From NCBI RefSeq assembly GCF_002087085.1, contig NZ_MWQY01000009.1:62001-126000 (forward strand): 64,000 bases of DNA, given 5' to 3'. The notes under the pieces were generated by a model. That model was not told the origin of the DNA. It made no database searches and saw nothing but the letters and a program-made list of their open reading frames with translations. A program made the translations under genes and the position numbers. Below, piece after piece: positions 10,117 through 20,081 of this stretch. Position 1 is the stretch's first letter. Each line of letters opens with the position of its first letter.

Positions 10117-10752
10117 ATGAAGAGTCCAGTCAAAGTTCTTGCCCTCCTTAGTTTCCTGATTGCCCTGTATTCCCTCCCGGGCTGGTCACAGGATCAGCTG
10201 TACAGGGAAAGCGGCGGTGCCTCCTGGTATGGTCCCGGCTTTCACGGGAGGATTACCGCAAGCGGAGAACGCTTCAATACCAACGACCTCACTGCAGCTC
10301 ACAAAACCCTGCCCTTCGGAACGCGGGTTCGGGTAACGAATACCGCCAACGGAAAAAGCGTCACAGTGCGTATCAACGATCGCGGACCTTTCGTTCAGGG
10401 AAGGATAATCGACCTGTCCAGGGCAGCGGCGGAACAGCTCGGCATGCTGGAGAGCGGTACGGCCCAGGTCCTGGTGGAAGAACTCGGGAGCCGGGGAGTC
10501 GCAGAAGCATCTCCCGCAGGAGAAAGGGCAAAACCCTCAGGCTCCGAAAAATCCGTTCAGGTGGCCTCCTTTGGAGACAGGAGCAATGCCGAAAGACTTG
10601 CATCACGCCTTGACGGGGCAGGTTTACAGGCGGAGATCCGCCAGGCTGGTAGTTTTTACCGGGTCATCGTTCCGGGCGTATCTGAAGAGAAGCTTGACGG
10701 AGTTCTGAAATCCCTTGACGAGCTCGGATTTTCCAATCCACTGGTTCGATAG
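10117..10752 (+). CDS. rlpA: Septal ring lytic transglycosylase RlpA with SPOR domain
   Basis: ASWYG...TASGE...[11 protein letters not shown]...RINDRGPF...IIDLS; VQVASF SPOR; start moved to MKSPVK (signal peptide). Confidence 0.9.
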   Translation: MKSPVKVLALLSFLIALYSLPGWSQDQLYRESGGASWYGPGFHGRITASGERFNTNDLTAAHKTLPFGTRVRVTNTANGKSVTVRINDRGPFVQGRIIDLSRAAAEQLGMLESGTAQVLVEELGSRGVAEASPAGERAKPSGSEKSVQVASFGDRSNAERLASRLDGAGLQAEIRQAGSFYRVIVPGVSEEKLDGVLKSLDELGFSNPLVR

Positions 10753-10775
10753 AAGAAAACATCCCCTGCTCCGGA

Positions 10776-11366
10776 TTATTCCAGGAGGCTGCGAAAATCC
10801 CGCTCACCATGGAAACGGTAGTAGAGCCGTCCCGTGGCGGGAAAGAAATAGAGGCTGCGGCCGGTCTTACCTCCGGTATCCTCAAACACGACGGAGATCC
10901 TGTGCTGCCGGAGCAGGGATCGGGCCATGTCAATATTCCCCGCTCCCACGCGAAAGAAGTCTTTACCCGCCGGAGCCACTTCTGACCCTCCGATGAGATA
11001 TGCCGAGAGACTGGAAGCGGGTATCCCCTGATTTGTAAGAACCTTGAGCATCTGTTTGAAAGCGCAGGTCATGTACCTGAATTTACCCGGTTCTCCGGAA
11101 AGTCTTTCACAATCCTCGGGGCAGTCCTTACTGCAGTCCAGGTTCTTCAAGCGCCGCTGAGGCAACTGGGCGTGACAGATTGCCCCGATTCCCGCCTTGC
11201 GGTTAAAAAGGGCCACTGCGACACAGGATCCCAGAAGGGTCCAGACCCGGGGCCCCGGGCCGCCGGTATGAATGTATAATTCGCCGGGATAGAGGGATAT
11301 ATCCTCCGTCTCGCCGGGAGGTACTGTCTTGATTATGGATTCCTTCACTGTATCAAGCATATACAA
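10776..11366 (-). CDS. cheD: Chemoreceptor glutamine deamidase CheD
   Basis: TLLGSCVAV, CHAQLP, IGGS, VGAGN, EDTGG..GR. Confidence 0.85.
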   Translation of the reverse strand: MYMLDTVKESIIKTVPPGETEDISLYPGELYIHTGGPGPRVWTLLGSCVAVALFNRKAGIGAICHAQLPQRRLKNLDCSKDCPEDCERLSGEPGKFRYMTCAFKQMLKVLTNQGIPASSLSAYLIGGSEVAPAGKDFFRVGAGNIDMARSLLRQHRISVVFEDTGGKTGRSLYFFPATGRLYYRFHGERDFRSLLE

Positions 11367-11497
11367 AAAGAGGATTAAAATACAGACACACAGAAATTAA
11401 TCAAAAACTAATACTTTCCTGACATTCTACCTTCACACTCGGCCCATGAAGATCAGCCGAAAACTCCAGATTGAATCGATCATCATCCTGATGCAGC

Positions 11498-12127
11498 TTA
11501 TCGGCGACCGATCCCCGCGCTGAGGACACAGCCTGCTTCGGTCATACGTTCCTCAATAACGAATCCGGAACCTGCAATAAGATCGAAGGTCTCCCTGTTC
11601 AGGTGACAGTTTCCGCTGATCCGCCGCCAGAATGGCGTCAGGGAGTGCTGGACCGCCCGGGTAAGAGGGGAGCATCCGAGCACATGCTCGAGGAAGAGGA
11701 TTCTGCCCCCCGGTTTCAACACACGCTGTATTTCTGCGAGTCCCGCAGCCGGATCTTCCACGGAGCAGAACAGCAGGGTGAATACCACGGTATCGAAGGT
11801 TTTATCCTCAAAGGGGAGACGGGAGACATCTGCCTCCACCACCTCTGCTTTATACCTGAAGGCCCGCCTGAGAAGAAGTCGGCCGGGTTTATGATCGCTG
11901 AGAATCAGCGAAGAAAGCTGTGCTTGATTGTAGTATTTCAGGTTTGCCCCTGTTCCTGCACCGGTTTCCAGCACATCTCCCTCTGCCCGGGGAATAATCC
12001 TTCTTCGCAGTCGCGCGATTCCCGCCGCTTCCAGAGGGACCATGAAAAGGTCGTACAGGCGGCTGGAAAGAAGTCTGTTTGAACCGGGCGAAGACGGAAC
12101 CCGGGAACCGGTGTCGGTATCCTTCAT
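11498..12127 (-). CDS. Class I SAM-dependent methyltransferase
   Basis: LETGAGTG, LPFED.TFD, LKPGG, NCHLNR. Confidence 0.85.
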   Translation of the reverse strand: MKDTDTGSRVPSSPGSNRLLSSRLYDLFMVPLEAAGIARLRRRIIPRAEGDVLETGAGTGANLKYYNQAQLSSLILSDHKPGRLLLRRAFRYKAEVVEADVSRLPFEDKTFDTVVFTLLFCSVEDPAAGLAEIQRVLKPGGRILFLEHVLGCSPLTRAVQHSLTPFWRRISGNCHLNRETFDLIAGSGFVIEERMTEAGCVLSAGIGRR

Positions 12128-12242
12128 AAGAGTTAAAGTACTATATTCGCAGGCAAAAATGTAGCAGCCTGGCGCAAAATATCCTGCCCCGGAGATGTCA
12201 TCCCTTCCGGCATAATCCGGATGCAGACGGCATCAAAGCGCC

Positions 12243-12548
12243 TTACAGACTCAGTATGATATAGGCGGAGGCAATGGAGCTGAGGACAGGAATGATAAGT
12301 CCTCCCCGCACCCAGGCGACAAGGGCAGCCGCAGCGACTCCCGCGATACCGGCGACGGGACGCTCCGGAAAGGACAACAGCACTGCGGGAAAAATCAGAG
12401 CCCCCAGCGCGGCGACGGGCATTACCGCAAGAAGCCGGCGGAGAAATCCGGGTATATTTTCCGGAAAACCGACAAGGAAGGGGATCGCCCGGGGAAGATA
12501 GGTTGCCAGAGCGGCGCCGGCTATAATCATCACAATATCGCTTCTCAC
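12243..12548 (-). CDS. azlD: AzlD-family branched-chain amino acid exporter small subunit
   Basis: ATYLPRAIPF, PVAALGAL; GTG start overlaps the azlC stop. Confidence 0.8.
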   Translation of the reverse strand: MRSDIVMIIAGAALATYLPRAIPFLVGFPENIPGFLRRLLAVMPVAALGALIFPAVLLSFPERPVAGIAGVAAAALVAWVRGGLIIPVLSSIASAYIILSL

Positions 12549-13261
12549 AGGGCCTCCCGGTACTCCGGCGATGGGGGAATATAGAAAGCACCGAAAAGAG
12601 CCGCCGCAATCAGGGCCACGACGAAGGACCAGCCGATGGAGAGACCGGCTCCGTATACCATTACGCAGTTGATTGCTGCGGCCAGTCCGGCTACCACCAG
12701 GTTCCTGCTTTCCCGCTTGACCTCCGGGACAAGAAGGGCTGCAAAGAGGGCATATAAGGTTCCCCCCACCGCCGCCTGAACAGGCCCGGGCAGTACCGCA
12801 CCGAAGAGATACCCGGTGACAGTCCCGGAAATCCACCCGGCGTAGGAAACAGCTTCGAGTCCGGCCATAAACCGGGGTTCAAGGTAAGACTCACGGAGAG
12901 AGGCAACCGCAAAAACCTCGTCGGTATTACCGAAAGCCGCAAGACCGCGCAGCAGAAGACCGCAGCGCAGTTTGGGACGCAGGGAGGCGCTCATCAGGAG
13001 GTAGCGCAGGTTGACAAGAAGCACACCGGTAATAATCTCATAGAGGGCCGACCCGGTTAAGGTTAAATTAAGGGCCAGAAACTGGGAGGCCCCCGCGAAG
13101 TTGGTCATGGAAAAAAGAAGAACAGCGGGAAAATCCAGGCCTCCGTTGCGGGCAAGAAGACCGAAGGCGACAGCCGCCGGAAAGTAGCCGATAAAAATCG
13201 GCACTCCCTGGAGCAGCCCCTGTCTGAAAGATGATTGACGCATTATGTTGTCCACCGGCAT
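12545..13261 (-). CDS. azlC: AzlC-family branched-chain amino acid exporter
   Basis: FAGASQF, VNLRYLLMS, TDEVFA. Confidence 0.9.
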   Translation of the reverse strand: MPVDNIMRQSSFRQGLLQGVPIFIGYFPAAVAFGLLARNGGLDFPAVLLFSMTNFAGASQFLALNLTLTGSALYEIITGVLLVNLRYLLMSASLRPKLRCGLLLRGLAAFGNTDEVFAVASLRESYLEPRFMAGLEAVSYAGWISGTVTGYLFGAVLPGPVQAAVGGTLYALFAALLVPEVKRESRNLVVAGLAAAINCVMVYGAGLSIGWSFVVALIAAALFGAFYIPPSPEYREAL

Positions 13262-13320
13262 GGGCTACACGTTACAGATATCCAGCTTGCCGTGTCAATC
13301 TGATTGAGGTATAGTCTTCC

Positions 13321-13653
13321 TTGAATATGATTAGCCTGAAGAATCTTGAAGAAGCTGAACGACTGATCAGCGAAAACCCCATGGCCCTGCTCTATCTCAG
13401 CAGGCCGGACTGCGGTGTCTGCACGGCGATCAGGCCCAAGGTGGAAGGACTTCTGAAGGAATACCCACGGATCAGAGCCGGGTACGTCGATCTTGATCAG
13501 ATCCCCGAAGCGGCGGGAAGATTCTCCGTTTATACCATCCCCGCTATCCTGGTCTACGCCGAAGGGAAGGAGACCGTCCGGGAGGCCCGTTACATTAGCC
13601 TGGACGATCTGGAGACCAGGATCGCCCGGCCCTACAGGTTCCTGTTTTCCTAG
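13321..13653 (+). CDS. Thioredoxin family protein
   Basis: CGVC, VYTIP; start may be ATG 13327. Confidence 0.8.
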   Translation: MNMISLKNLEEAERLISENPMALLYLSRPDCGVCTAIRPKVEGLLKEYPRIRAGYVDLDQIPEAAGRFSVYTIPAILVYAEGKETVREARYISLDDLETRIARPYRFLFS

Positions 13654-13662
13654 AAGCCGGCA

Positions 13663-14844
13663 TCAGGGTACACCGGCACCCTGCTTCCCCTCTTCCCGGT
13701 GAAGTCCCTGGTATACATCGGTTCTGTCCACATAGACGCTTACACTGCAGGAGTTCGTGTAACGGGATTCAATGCTCAGACGAAGGGAGCTGAGGCCGAT
13801 CTCTGTTTCAATGGAAGAATCCGGCTTTGCGGTATCCAGGGAGAAACTGTGTTCTTCTCCTTCGTAGCTGTACACAACATTGAGAGTCCCCCTGGATTCG
13901 CTGAATCGCGCCTCCCCGGAAACAGCTGCCGCAACGGAATTTCCCTTTCTGTCCGTAAAGGAAAGATCATCCCTGAAACTCATTTCATTTTTCCCGTCGG
14001 AATAGAGGGTTTCGCTCAGACGGAACAGCTGCTGCAGATCGTAGAGGATGGAATTGAAATGACGCTCGTTGGCCCGCAGGACGGAACGACCTCCGGGACT
14101 CACCTGAACCTTTGCAGACCAGTTGTGAAAGCTTATCTCCGGAAGCCTGACGACACCGAAGTCTCCACCGAGATCTGTCTCCACCACGTGGGTCCCCGGA
14201 CTGATGCCGGTAATTGCAAAGGGGACCCTTGAGTCACCGGTGGTATAACCGATAAAGTCCCCGTCCACTCGTATCTCCGCGTCCACGAGATTGGAATAGA
14301 GCAGGATCTCCCCGGGTTTTTCATCCTGGAAAGACAAGATTGAACGACCGCTGTCAGGGTCGGTAAAACTGATCCTTCCCCCGTTGATGGCTGCCACCGA
14401 CTTTTCGGCGAGGCGATGAAGAGTATTCTCCGTGGCCCCCCGCTCCGAGACCGCCCGTACCGAGCCGGATTCCACATCGGTTATGGTCAGGGAAAAGAGT
14501 ACGTCCCCGCCCATGAAAACATAACTTCCGTGAATCAGAACATCGGCCCCCACCAGGCGTCCGATCTGAACCGACTTCTCCTCCCTGGTAAGACCGGTCA
14601 GGGCCAGTCGTTGCTCCTCCAGCACATCATCAATGCTGCTGCGGTTTACAAGGACAATACCCGGTGCGCGGGAAAGGTCAAAGAGCAGCAGGCCCTCGAC
14701 GATACCCGCCAGGTAATCGTAGCGGGGATCCCCGCCGGCGTTTTCTATTCCCGACAGCGCAACAGCACTCTCGCTCCATGCGGAGAAAACCGGCATGGCG
14801 GCAATCAGGAGCAGCAGAAGGAGGACAGAAGATATTCTTTTCAC
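13663..14844 (-). CDS. Exported CsgG/HfaB-like plus PEGA-like protein
   Basis: Signal peptide; LVNRSSIDDVLEEQ...IGRLVGAD..I.GS; AEIRVDGDFIG. Confidence 0.65.
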   Translation of the reverse strand: MKRISSVLLLLLLIAAMPVFSAWSESAVALSGIENAGGDPRYDYLAGIVEGLLLFDLSRAPGIVLVNRSSIDDVLEEQRLALTGLTREEKSVQIGRLVGADVLIHGSYVFMGGDVLFSLTITDVESGSVRAVSERGATENTLHRLAEKSVAAINGGRISFTDPDSGRSILSFQDEKPGEILLYSNLVDAEIRVDGDFIGYTTGDSRVPFAITGISPGTHVVETDLGGDFGVVRLPEISFHNWSAKVQVSPGGRSVLRANERHFNSILYDLQQLFRLSETLYSDGKNEMSFRDDLSFTDRKGNSVAAAVSGEARFSESRGTLNVVYSYEGEEHSFSLDTAKPDSSIETEIGLSSLRLSIESRYTNSCSVSVYVDRTDVYQGLHREEGKQGAGVP

Positions 14845-14910
14845 GTAAAAACCTCACTTTTACATGAATCAGCTTAGCCGGAAATCGAGCCTTTAGCAAT
14901 AATTCTTTGC

Positions 14911-14939
14911 TTGACAGGGTGAAGGGGCGATTCTATGGT
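14911..14939 (+). promoter_or_regulatory. Sigma70-type promoter, probably leaderless
   Basis: TTGACA-17-TATGGT, ATG 5 nt later, no SD. Confidence 0.6.
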
Positions 14940-14944
14940 TGAAT

Positions 14945-16414
14945 ATGATGAAAAGATACGATGTCGTCGTTATCGGCGCAGGCGTCAGCGGCGCTGCCAT
15001 TGCCAGGCGGCTTTCGGCCTACCGGCTTTCCATTGCCCTTCTGGAGAAGGAGATCGATGTGAGCTTCGGGGTCTCCAAGGCCAATTCCGGAGTGATTCAC
15101 GGTGGATTCCACCACTCGCCGGATCTGCTGAAATCGAGGCTCGAGATTCAGGGAAACCTGATGTATGACAAGCTGCAGCGGGAACTCCACTTTCCCTTCC
15201 GACGCTGCGGTATACTGGTTGCCGCCTTTTCCACTGAAGAGATGCGTATTGTTCAGGAGCTCTACAATCGGGGCGTTGCCAATGGAGCGATCGGCATAGA
15301 ACTGTGCAACGGCGACAGGATGCATATGCTGGAACCCAAACTGAATTCCGATGTGATGGGAGGACTTTTCGCCCCCGGCGGCGGAATCGTGGAACCCTAC
15401 CGTCTGGTATTCAGCCTGGTTGAATCAGCAGTCCTGAACGGAGTGGATCTTCATACGAATTTCGATGTGGCGGGAGTAGAAAAATCAGGAAAAACCGGAT
15501 CCGAAGACCGGGAATATGTTCTGCACGGTTCTGATGGACAAAGCATCAGGGGCCGATGGGTAATCAATGCCGCCGGACTCTTTGCCGACCGGATCTCCGG
15601 ACTTTTCGGTGCCGAGGACTTCCGCATACATCCCCGCAAAGGGGAGGAGTTTCTGCTGGACCGGGAGGCCTCGGCCCATACCGGCAGGGTGATTTTTCCG
15701 GTTCCGAATCCGGTTTCCAAGGGCATGCTGGTCATTCCCACAGTGGAAGGCACAACCATGATAGGACCCACCGCCCTAGAAACCGACGACAAGGAAGATC
15801 TTGCTACCAGCAGCGAGAATTTTGAAAAGGTCTTTTACTCAGCCCGAAGGCTGATCCCCTCCGTGTCAGAGCGGGACATCATTACCTCCTTTGCAGGCCT
15901 GCGGCCCTCCCTGGAGGACGGAGATTTTTATATCGCCCGTTCCGAAAAGGCGGAAAGATTCGTTCAGGTTGCGGGAATCCAGTCTCCCGGACTGACCGCG
16001 GCCCCGGCAATCGCAGAATATGTCAAAGACCTGCTGAAGCAGGGGGGACTCGAGCTGACTGAAGATCCGGATTATCAGGGAGAAATTCCCGCAGTCCCCA
16101 GATTCCGCAGCATGAGCCTTCATGAGCAGGACGCCGCCGTAAAGGCGGATCCCGCCTATGGAAATATAATCTGCCGCTGCGAAAACGTAAGCGAGGCGGA
16201 GGTCGTTGCAGCCATCCGACGGGGTCATACCAGCCTGGACGGCATAAAATTCTACACCCGCGCCGGAATGGGCCGATGCCAGGGAGGCTTCTGCAGCTAT
16301 AAAATCCTGCAGATTCTCAGAAGGGAAACAGGTCTGCCCTGGGAGAAGATAACAAAACGGGGGAGGAAGAGCTGGATTGTCCGGGAGCGGATCAGTCCCG
16401 CGAAAACATCATGA
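14945..16414 (+). CDS. FAD-dependent oxidoreductase with BFD-like [2Fe-2S] domain (GlpA/LhgO-like)
   Basis: GAGVSG, SKANSGVIHGG, GIQSPGLTAAP, CRCE...RAGMGRCQGGFC. Confidence 0.85.
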   Translation: MMKRYDVVVIGAGVSGAAIARRLSAYRLSIALLEKEIDVSFGVSKANSGVIHGGFHHSPDLLKSRLEIQGNLMYDKLQRELHFPFRRCGILVAAFSTEEMRIVQELYNRGVANGAIGIELCNGDRMHMLEPKLNSDVMGGLFAPGGGIVEPYRLVFSLVESAVLNGVDLHTNFDVAGVEKSGKTGSEDREYVLHGSDGQSIRGRWVINAAGLFADRISGLFGAEDFRIHPRKGEEFLLDREASAHTGRVIFPVPNPVSKGMLVIPTVEGTTMIGPTALETDDKEDLATSSENFEKVFYSARRLIPSVSERDIITSFAGLRPSLEDGDFYIARSEKAERFVQVAGIQSPGLTAAPAIAEYVKDLLKQGGLELTEDPDYQGEIPAVPRFRSMSLHEQDAAVKADPAYGNIICRCENVSEAEVVAAIRRGHTSLDGIKFYTRAGMGRCQGGFCSYKILQILRRETGLPWEKITKRGRKSWIVRERISPAKTS

Positions 16415-17700
16415 AGCACACCGAGTTTGATGCCGTGGTTATCGGCGGCGGAGCCTCCGGATTATCCGCTGCTGCGGAGATGAGCCGCGGAGGAGCTTCC
16501 GTGGCTGTAGTGGAGAGGGAAGAGACCCTGGGGGGCATTCTCAATCAGTGTATTCATAACGGGTTCGGTCTTCACCAGTACAACGAGGAGCTTACCGGTC
16601 CCGAATACGCCGAACGCTGCATCCGGGACCTGGATGGACTCTCCGTTAAGGTGTTTACCGGCATGACCGTTACCCTGATGGAGACGGAAGAGGGAACTCA
16701 GCTGCTCTACGGTTTTTCCAGGGAATCGGGAATGGTCCGTTTCCGCTGCAGAGCCATCGTGCTTGCCATGGGCTGCAGGGAACGCAACCGGGGCAACCTG
16801 GGCACCCCCGGGACGCGTCCTTCGGGTATTTTTACCGCCGGCCTTGCCCAGCGCCTGGTCAATATTGACGGTATGGTTCCGGGCCGGGAATGTGTTATTG
16901 TGGGCTCCGGCGATATCGGTCTTATAATGGCCCGCCGGATGACCTGGATCGGGGCCAGGGTTCGGGGAGTAATAGAAATCCAGCCCTACCCCGCCGGAAT
17001 AACCCGCAACATTGTGCAATGTCTCCGGGACTTCGATATTCCCCTCTACCTGTCCCACAGCATAACGCGAATATATGGCAAGGACAGGATCAGCGGCGTC
17101 GATGTCGCACCGGTGAGAAATGCCGGCGGTGAAGCTTCCGGGGCTTTCCATATACCCTGCGATACCCTGCTGCTCTCCGTCGGCCTGGTCCCGGAGAATG
17201 AGATCTCAAGAAAGGCCGGAGTGCGGCTCCATCCTGAAACAGGCGGTCCGGTTGTTGACGCACGGTACATGACCTCGGTAACGGGGATCTTTGCCTGCGG
17301 AAATGTTCTACACGTTCACGATCTGGTGGATTACGCCTCGGAAGAGGCCAGACACTGCGGCCAGGCGGTTCTCGATTATCTGTCCGGAGTCTCCGCCGGA
17401 GAACAACTCCGGGTCGGTGCGGGACGCAATGTCAAGTATGTGGTTCCGGGACGTTTTGCCCTGACCGGGAAAAACCGCTTTTATCTGCGCAGCATGATTA
17501 CCGGAACCGGAGCTCGTCTGTGCGTCCGGCTCGGCGGAATCGAAGTCCTCCGCCGGAAACTGCCCTATGTTCAGCCCTCGGAGATGATCAGTTTTGATCT
17601 CGCGGCCGATGAGGATGCGATTTCCTCCCGTTTTACCACCGGAGGGGACGAGACTGATCTGGAGGTTTCCCTGGAAATCCCCGAAAAGGAGGGGGCATGA
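16411..17700 (+). CDS. NAD(P)/FAD-dependent oxidoreductase, partner of the GlpA-like subunit
   Basis: GGGASG, LNQCIHNGFG, LAMGCRER, GSGDIG, CGNVLHVHDLVD. Confidence 0.85.
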   Translation: MKHTEFDAVVIGGGASGLSAAAEMSRGGASVAVVEREETLGGILNQCIHNGFGLHQYNEELTGPEYAERCIRDLDGLSVKVFTGMTVTLMETEEGTQLLYGFSRESGMVRFRCRAIVLAMGCRERNRGNLGTPGTRPSGIFTAGLAQRLVNIDGMVPGRECVIVGSGDIGLIMARRMTWIGARVRGVIEIQPYPAGITRNIVQCLRDFDIPLYLSHSITRIYGKDRISGVDVAPVRNAGGEASGAFHIPCDTLLLSVGLVPENEISRKAGVRLHPETGGPVVDARYMTSVTGIFACGNVLHVHDLVDYASEEARHCGQAVLDYLSGVSAGEQLRVGAGRNVKYVVPGRFALTGKNRFYLRSMITGTGARLCVRLGGIEVLRRKLPYVQPSEMISFDLAADEDAISSRFTTGGDETDLEVSLEIPEKEGA

Positions 17701-18056
17701 AAAAAGACCTGATCTGCATCAGCTGTCCCATCGGCTGCAGGCTCACGGTGGAAGGGGAGAATCCCGAAAAGATATCCGTCAGCGGTAACCGCTGTCCCCG
17801 GGGGGAAATTTACGGCAGGGAAGAAGCCCTTGCTCCCAGTCGCATGGTCACAGCCACGGTGGCTATAGAATCTGAAAAACTAGCCCGTCTGCCGGTAAAG
17901 ACTGACAGGCCCATCGGCAGGGAGCATATTCCGTCACTGCTGAATCAGCTCTACGCCCTGGAGCTTGTGCCCCCGGTATACTGCGGAGATATCATTCTCG
18001 ATGATTTTGCGGAATCCGGGGTCAGGATCCTGGCGACCAGGACAATAGAAGCATAG
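17697..18056 (+). CDS. DUF1667-type four-Cys metal-binding protein
   Basis: CISCPIGC...GNRCPRG; usual third gene of this triad. Confidence 0.85.
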   Translation: MKKDLICISCPIGCRLTVEGENPEKISVSGNRCPRGEIYGREEALAPSRMVTATVAIESEKLARLPVKTDRPIGREHIPSLLNQLYALELVPPVYCGDIILDDFAESGVRILATRTIEA

Positions 18057-18073
18057 AAAAGAGAACAGGATCC

Positions 18074-18098
18074 CCCTGCCGGGGTATGTCCGGCAGGG
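18074..18098. terminator. Hairpin between convergent genes
   Basis: CCCTGCCGG-7-CCGGCAGGG. Confidence 0.6.
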
Positions 18099-18107
18099 AA
18101 AACCGGA

Positions 18108-18824
18108 CTATTTTTTTGCCCGCAGACGGCCCATTTCGGCCCTCCACTCCTTCAACTGGGAAAGATCCACCTCTCTGCCTTCAGCAAGAGCCTTTCTGCA
18201 GTTTTCCAGTACCGGCATCTCCGCGTCTCCCGCCAGTTTGCAGGCTGCGGCCAGTTCCGGAGCGATTTCCCGGGGAATCAGCACAACACCGTGCCGGTCG
18301 GCAGCCAGCAGGTCCCCCGGATTGACCGTAACGCCGCCGATGCTTACAGGAGTATTGTACTCCTCAATGTGGATGTAGGCGTGGGTCACCAGGGTACATT
18401 TAGCGAAGAATCCGAACCCAAGTTCCTTCACCTCGTTGAGGTCCCGCACACCGCCGTTGGTTATTACCCCCACAGCCCCCAGGGCCTTATGGGTGGTGGC
18501 GTTTACCTCGCCCCAGAAGGAACCCACCGGTTCCGGATCAAGGTCCTGGATAAGGGCGATGGCAGGACGGGGGGTCTTCTGCAGCACCTCAAAATACTTC
18601 ATCCAGTTTTCCAGCTGCTCCTGAGTGGGGGGTGTAGATGCGGAAACCTTGGCCGTACAGGCATAGCCGATCATTGTTTTGCCGTAGGGCAGTATACACT
18701 TTATCTCCGGGGTCATGGCCCCTTCCGTGCGGGGACGGACATTGAACCTCTCTATCGCGTTGGCGATAGTAGGGGTATCAAACATCCGTAATCCCTCAAT
18801 CTGTTGTTGCGTCAGTTCAGACAA
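18108..18824 (-). CDS. RraA/HMG-aldolase family protein
   Basis: DTPTIANA, FWGE, TNGGVRD, PGDLLAADRHGV; TTG start at 18824 with GGAGGT RBS. Confidence 0.85.
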   Translation of the reverse strand: MSELTQQQIEGLRMFDTPTIANAIERFNVRPRTEGAMTPEIKCILPYGKTMIGYACTAKVSASTPPTQEQLENWMKYFEVLQKTPRPAIALIQDLDPEPVGSFWGEVNATTHKALGAVGVITNGGVRDLNEVKELGFGFFAKCTLVTHAYIHIEEYNTPVSIGGVTVNPGDLLAADRHGVVLIPREIAPELAAACKLAGDAEMPVLENCRKALAEGREVDLSQLKEWRAEMGRLRAKK

Positions 18825-18890
18825 TTCAGTTACCTCCGAAAATATTATCAAACACGAAAACTGTATAAAGACTCCAGGATCTTTATTGTT

Positions 18891-20081
18891 TTAATTAGAA
18901 AATACATGACGCTGAGTTGTATGGGCATTCAGCCAATCCCAATCGTATACTACACCAAGTCCTGGATCATCGGGAATAGGTACACACCCATCCGCGCCGA
19001 TGGAATCTATATCGTCCTTGTATCCACAGGCATAGCAAGGTGGTAGAATATTGGGTAGCTTAGGACCCACAGTTGCGATTTCGTAGAAATTGGTATTTTG
19101 CACAGCACCTACAACCTGACGATGAGCCGGGCCACAAGCATGTACTTCTACATCAAGTCCAAAAGCTTCGGCCATCCGTGCCGTCTTAATAGCTCCAGTA
19201 ATACCCATATCGTACTCAGGATCAGTTCTAACAAAGTCTGTCCCATCTGCAAGAATAAAATCACATTTAGATTCCAAAGCCCGGACGTGCTCGGTAATCA
19301 ATAGCGGTGTTTTAATCAGTGAGCGAAGTTTTCTGTGAGAAAATGATGACATTGAGTTATCTTTGTAAGGATCTTCATACCAAAAGTATTCTGCATCATC
19401 GCAAGCCCTCCCAACATAAAGCGCATCTCCAAAGGTTTGAAGGTCAGATGCCGCGTCGTACATTAAGGTCAGACTCTCACCTATTTGTTCACGGAGCTTT
19501 TGAATCAGGGTTGCTTCAACCTTTGCGTCCCCTTCAAACCAACCATGATGCTTAAAGGCTTTGTACCCCATTTCGCGGCACTGGACAGCAAAATCACAGT
19601 AGGCATCATAGCTGTCAAGCATTCCAGTGTGATCCCCATGATAGGTGCTTGCATAGGCAAGTATTTCACTGCGGTATCTGCCTATCATATCAGCTACGGA
19701 CTTTCCACTCTGTTTTCCCGCCAAATCCCAAAGTGCAATATCGACTGGTCCTTGGCCCATATGATCAGTATGACAGAGACGGCGGTTCCACTCCTTATAG
19801 AAAAACTCCCTTTCATCCGGATCTCTGCCAGGTAAATCAGCAACGAGTTGCAGGGTTTGAGCCAGTGCCGATCTGGTGCCACCCCACTGAGTAACGTATT
19901 CACCCCTCGAGCCATCATCACATACGATTATGATAGCGTATTTAGACATCGGCATTCTTCCACCTTTCAGATATCCTACATGGTTATGAGCATCTTGAAA
20001 GGCTATACCGATATTTTCAACAATATAGGTAAAATCAAATACTTCGACTCGTTCAATTCGTGACACTGCCTTCTCCGCCAT
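18891..20081 (-). CDS. Mandelate racemase/muconate lactonizing (enolase superfamily) enzyme
   Basis: DIALWDLAGK, AYAST, LMYD, WYEDP, PGLGV. Confidence 0.85.
   Translation of the reverse strand: MAEKAVSRIERVEVFDFTYIVENIGIAFQDAHNHVGYLKGGRMPMSKYAIIIVCDDGSRGEYVTQWGGTRSALAQTLQLVADLPGRDPDEREFFYKEWNRRLCHTDHMGQGPVDIALWDLAGKQSGKSVADMIGRYRSEILAYASTYHGDHTGMLDSYDAYCDFAVQCREMGYKAFKHHGWFEGDAKVEATLIQKLREQIGESLTLMYDAASDLQTFGDALYVGRACDDAEYFWYEDPYKDNSMSSFSHRKLRSLIKTPLLITEHVRALESKCDFILADGTDFVRTDPEYDMGITGAIKTARMAEAFGLDVEVHACGPAHRQVVGAVQNTNFYEIATVGPKLPNILPPCYACGYKDDIDSIGADGCVPIPDDPGLGVVYDWDWLNAHTTQRHVFSN

Noticed and set aside
11498..12127. Methyltransferase as a second ArsM
   Set aside because: Lacks the SCG, SNC and ECxxG cysteines; generic class I methyltransferase
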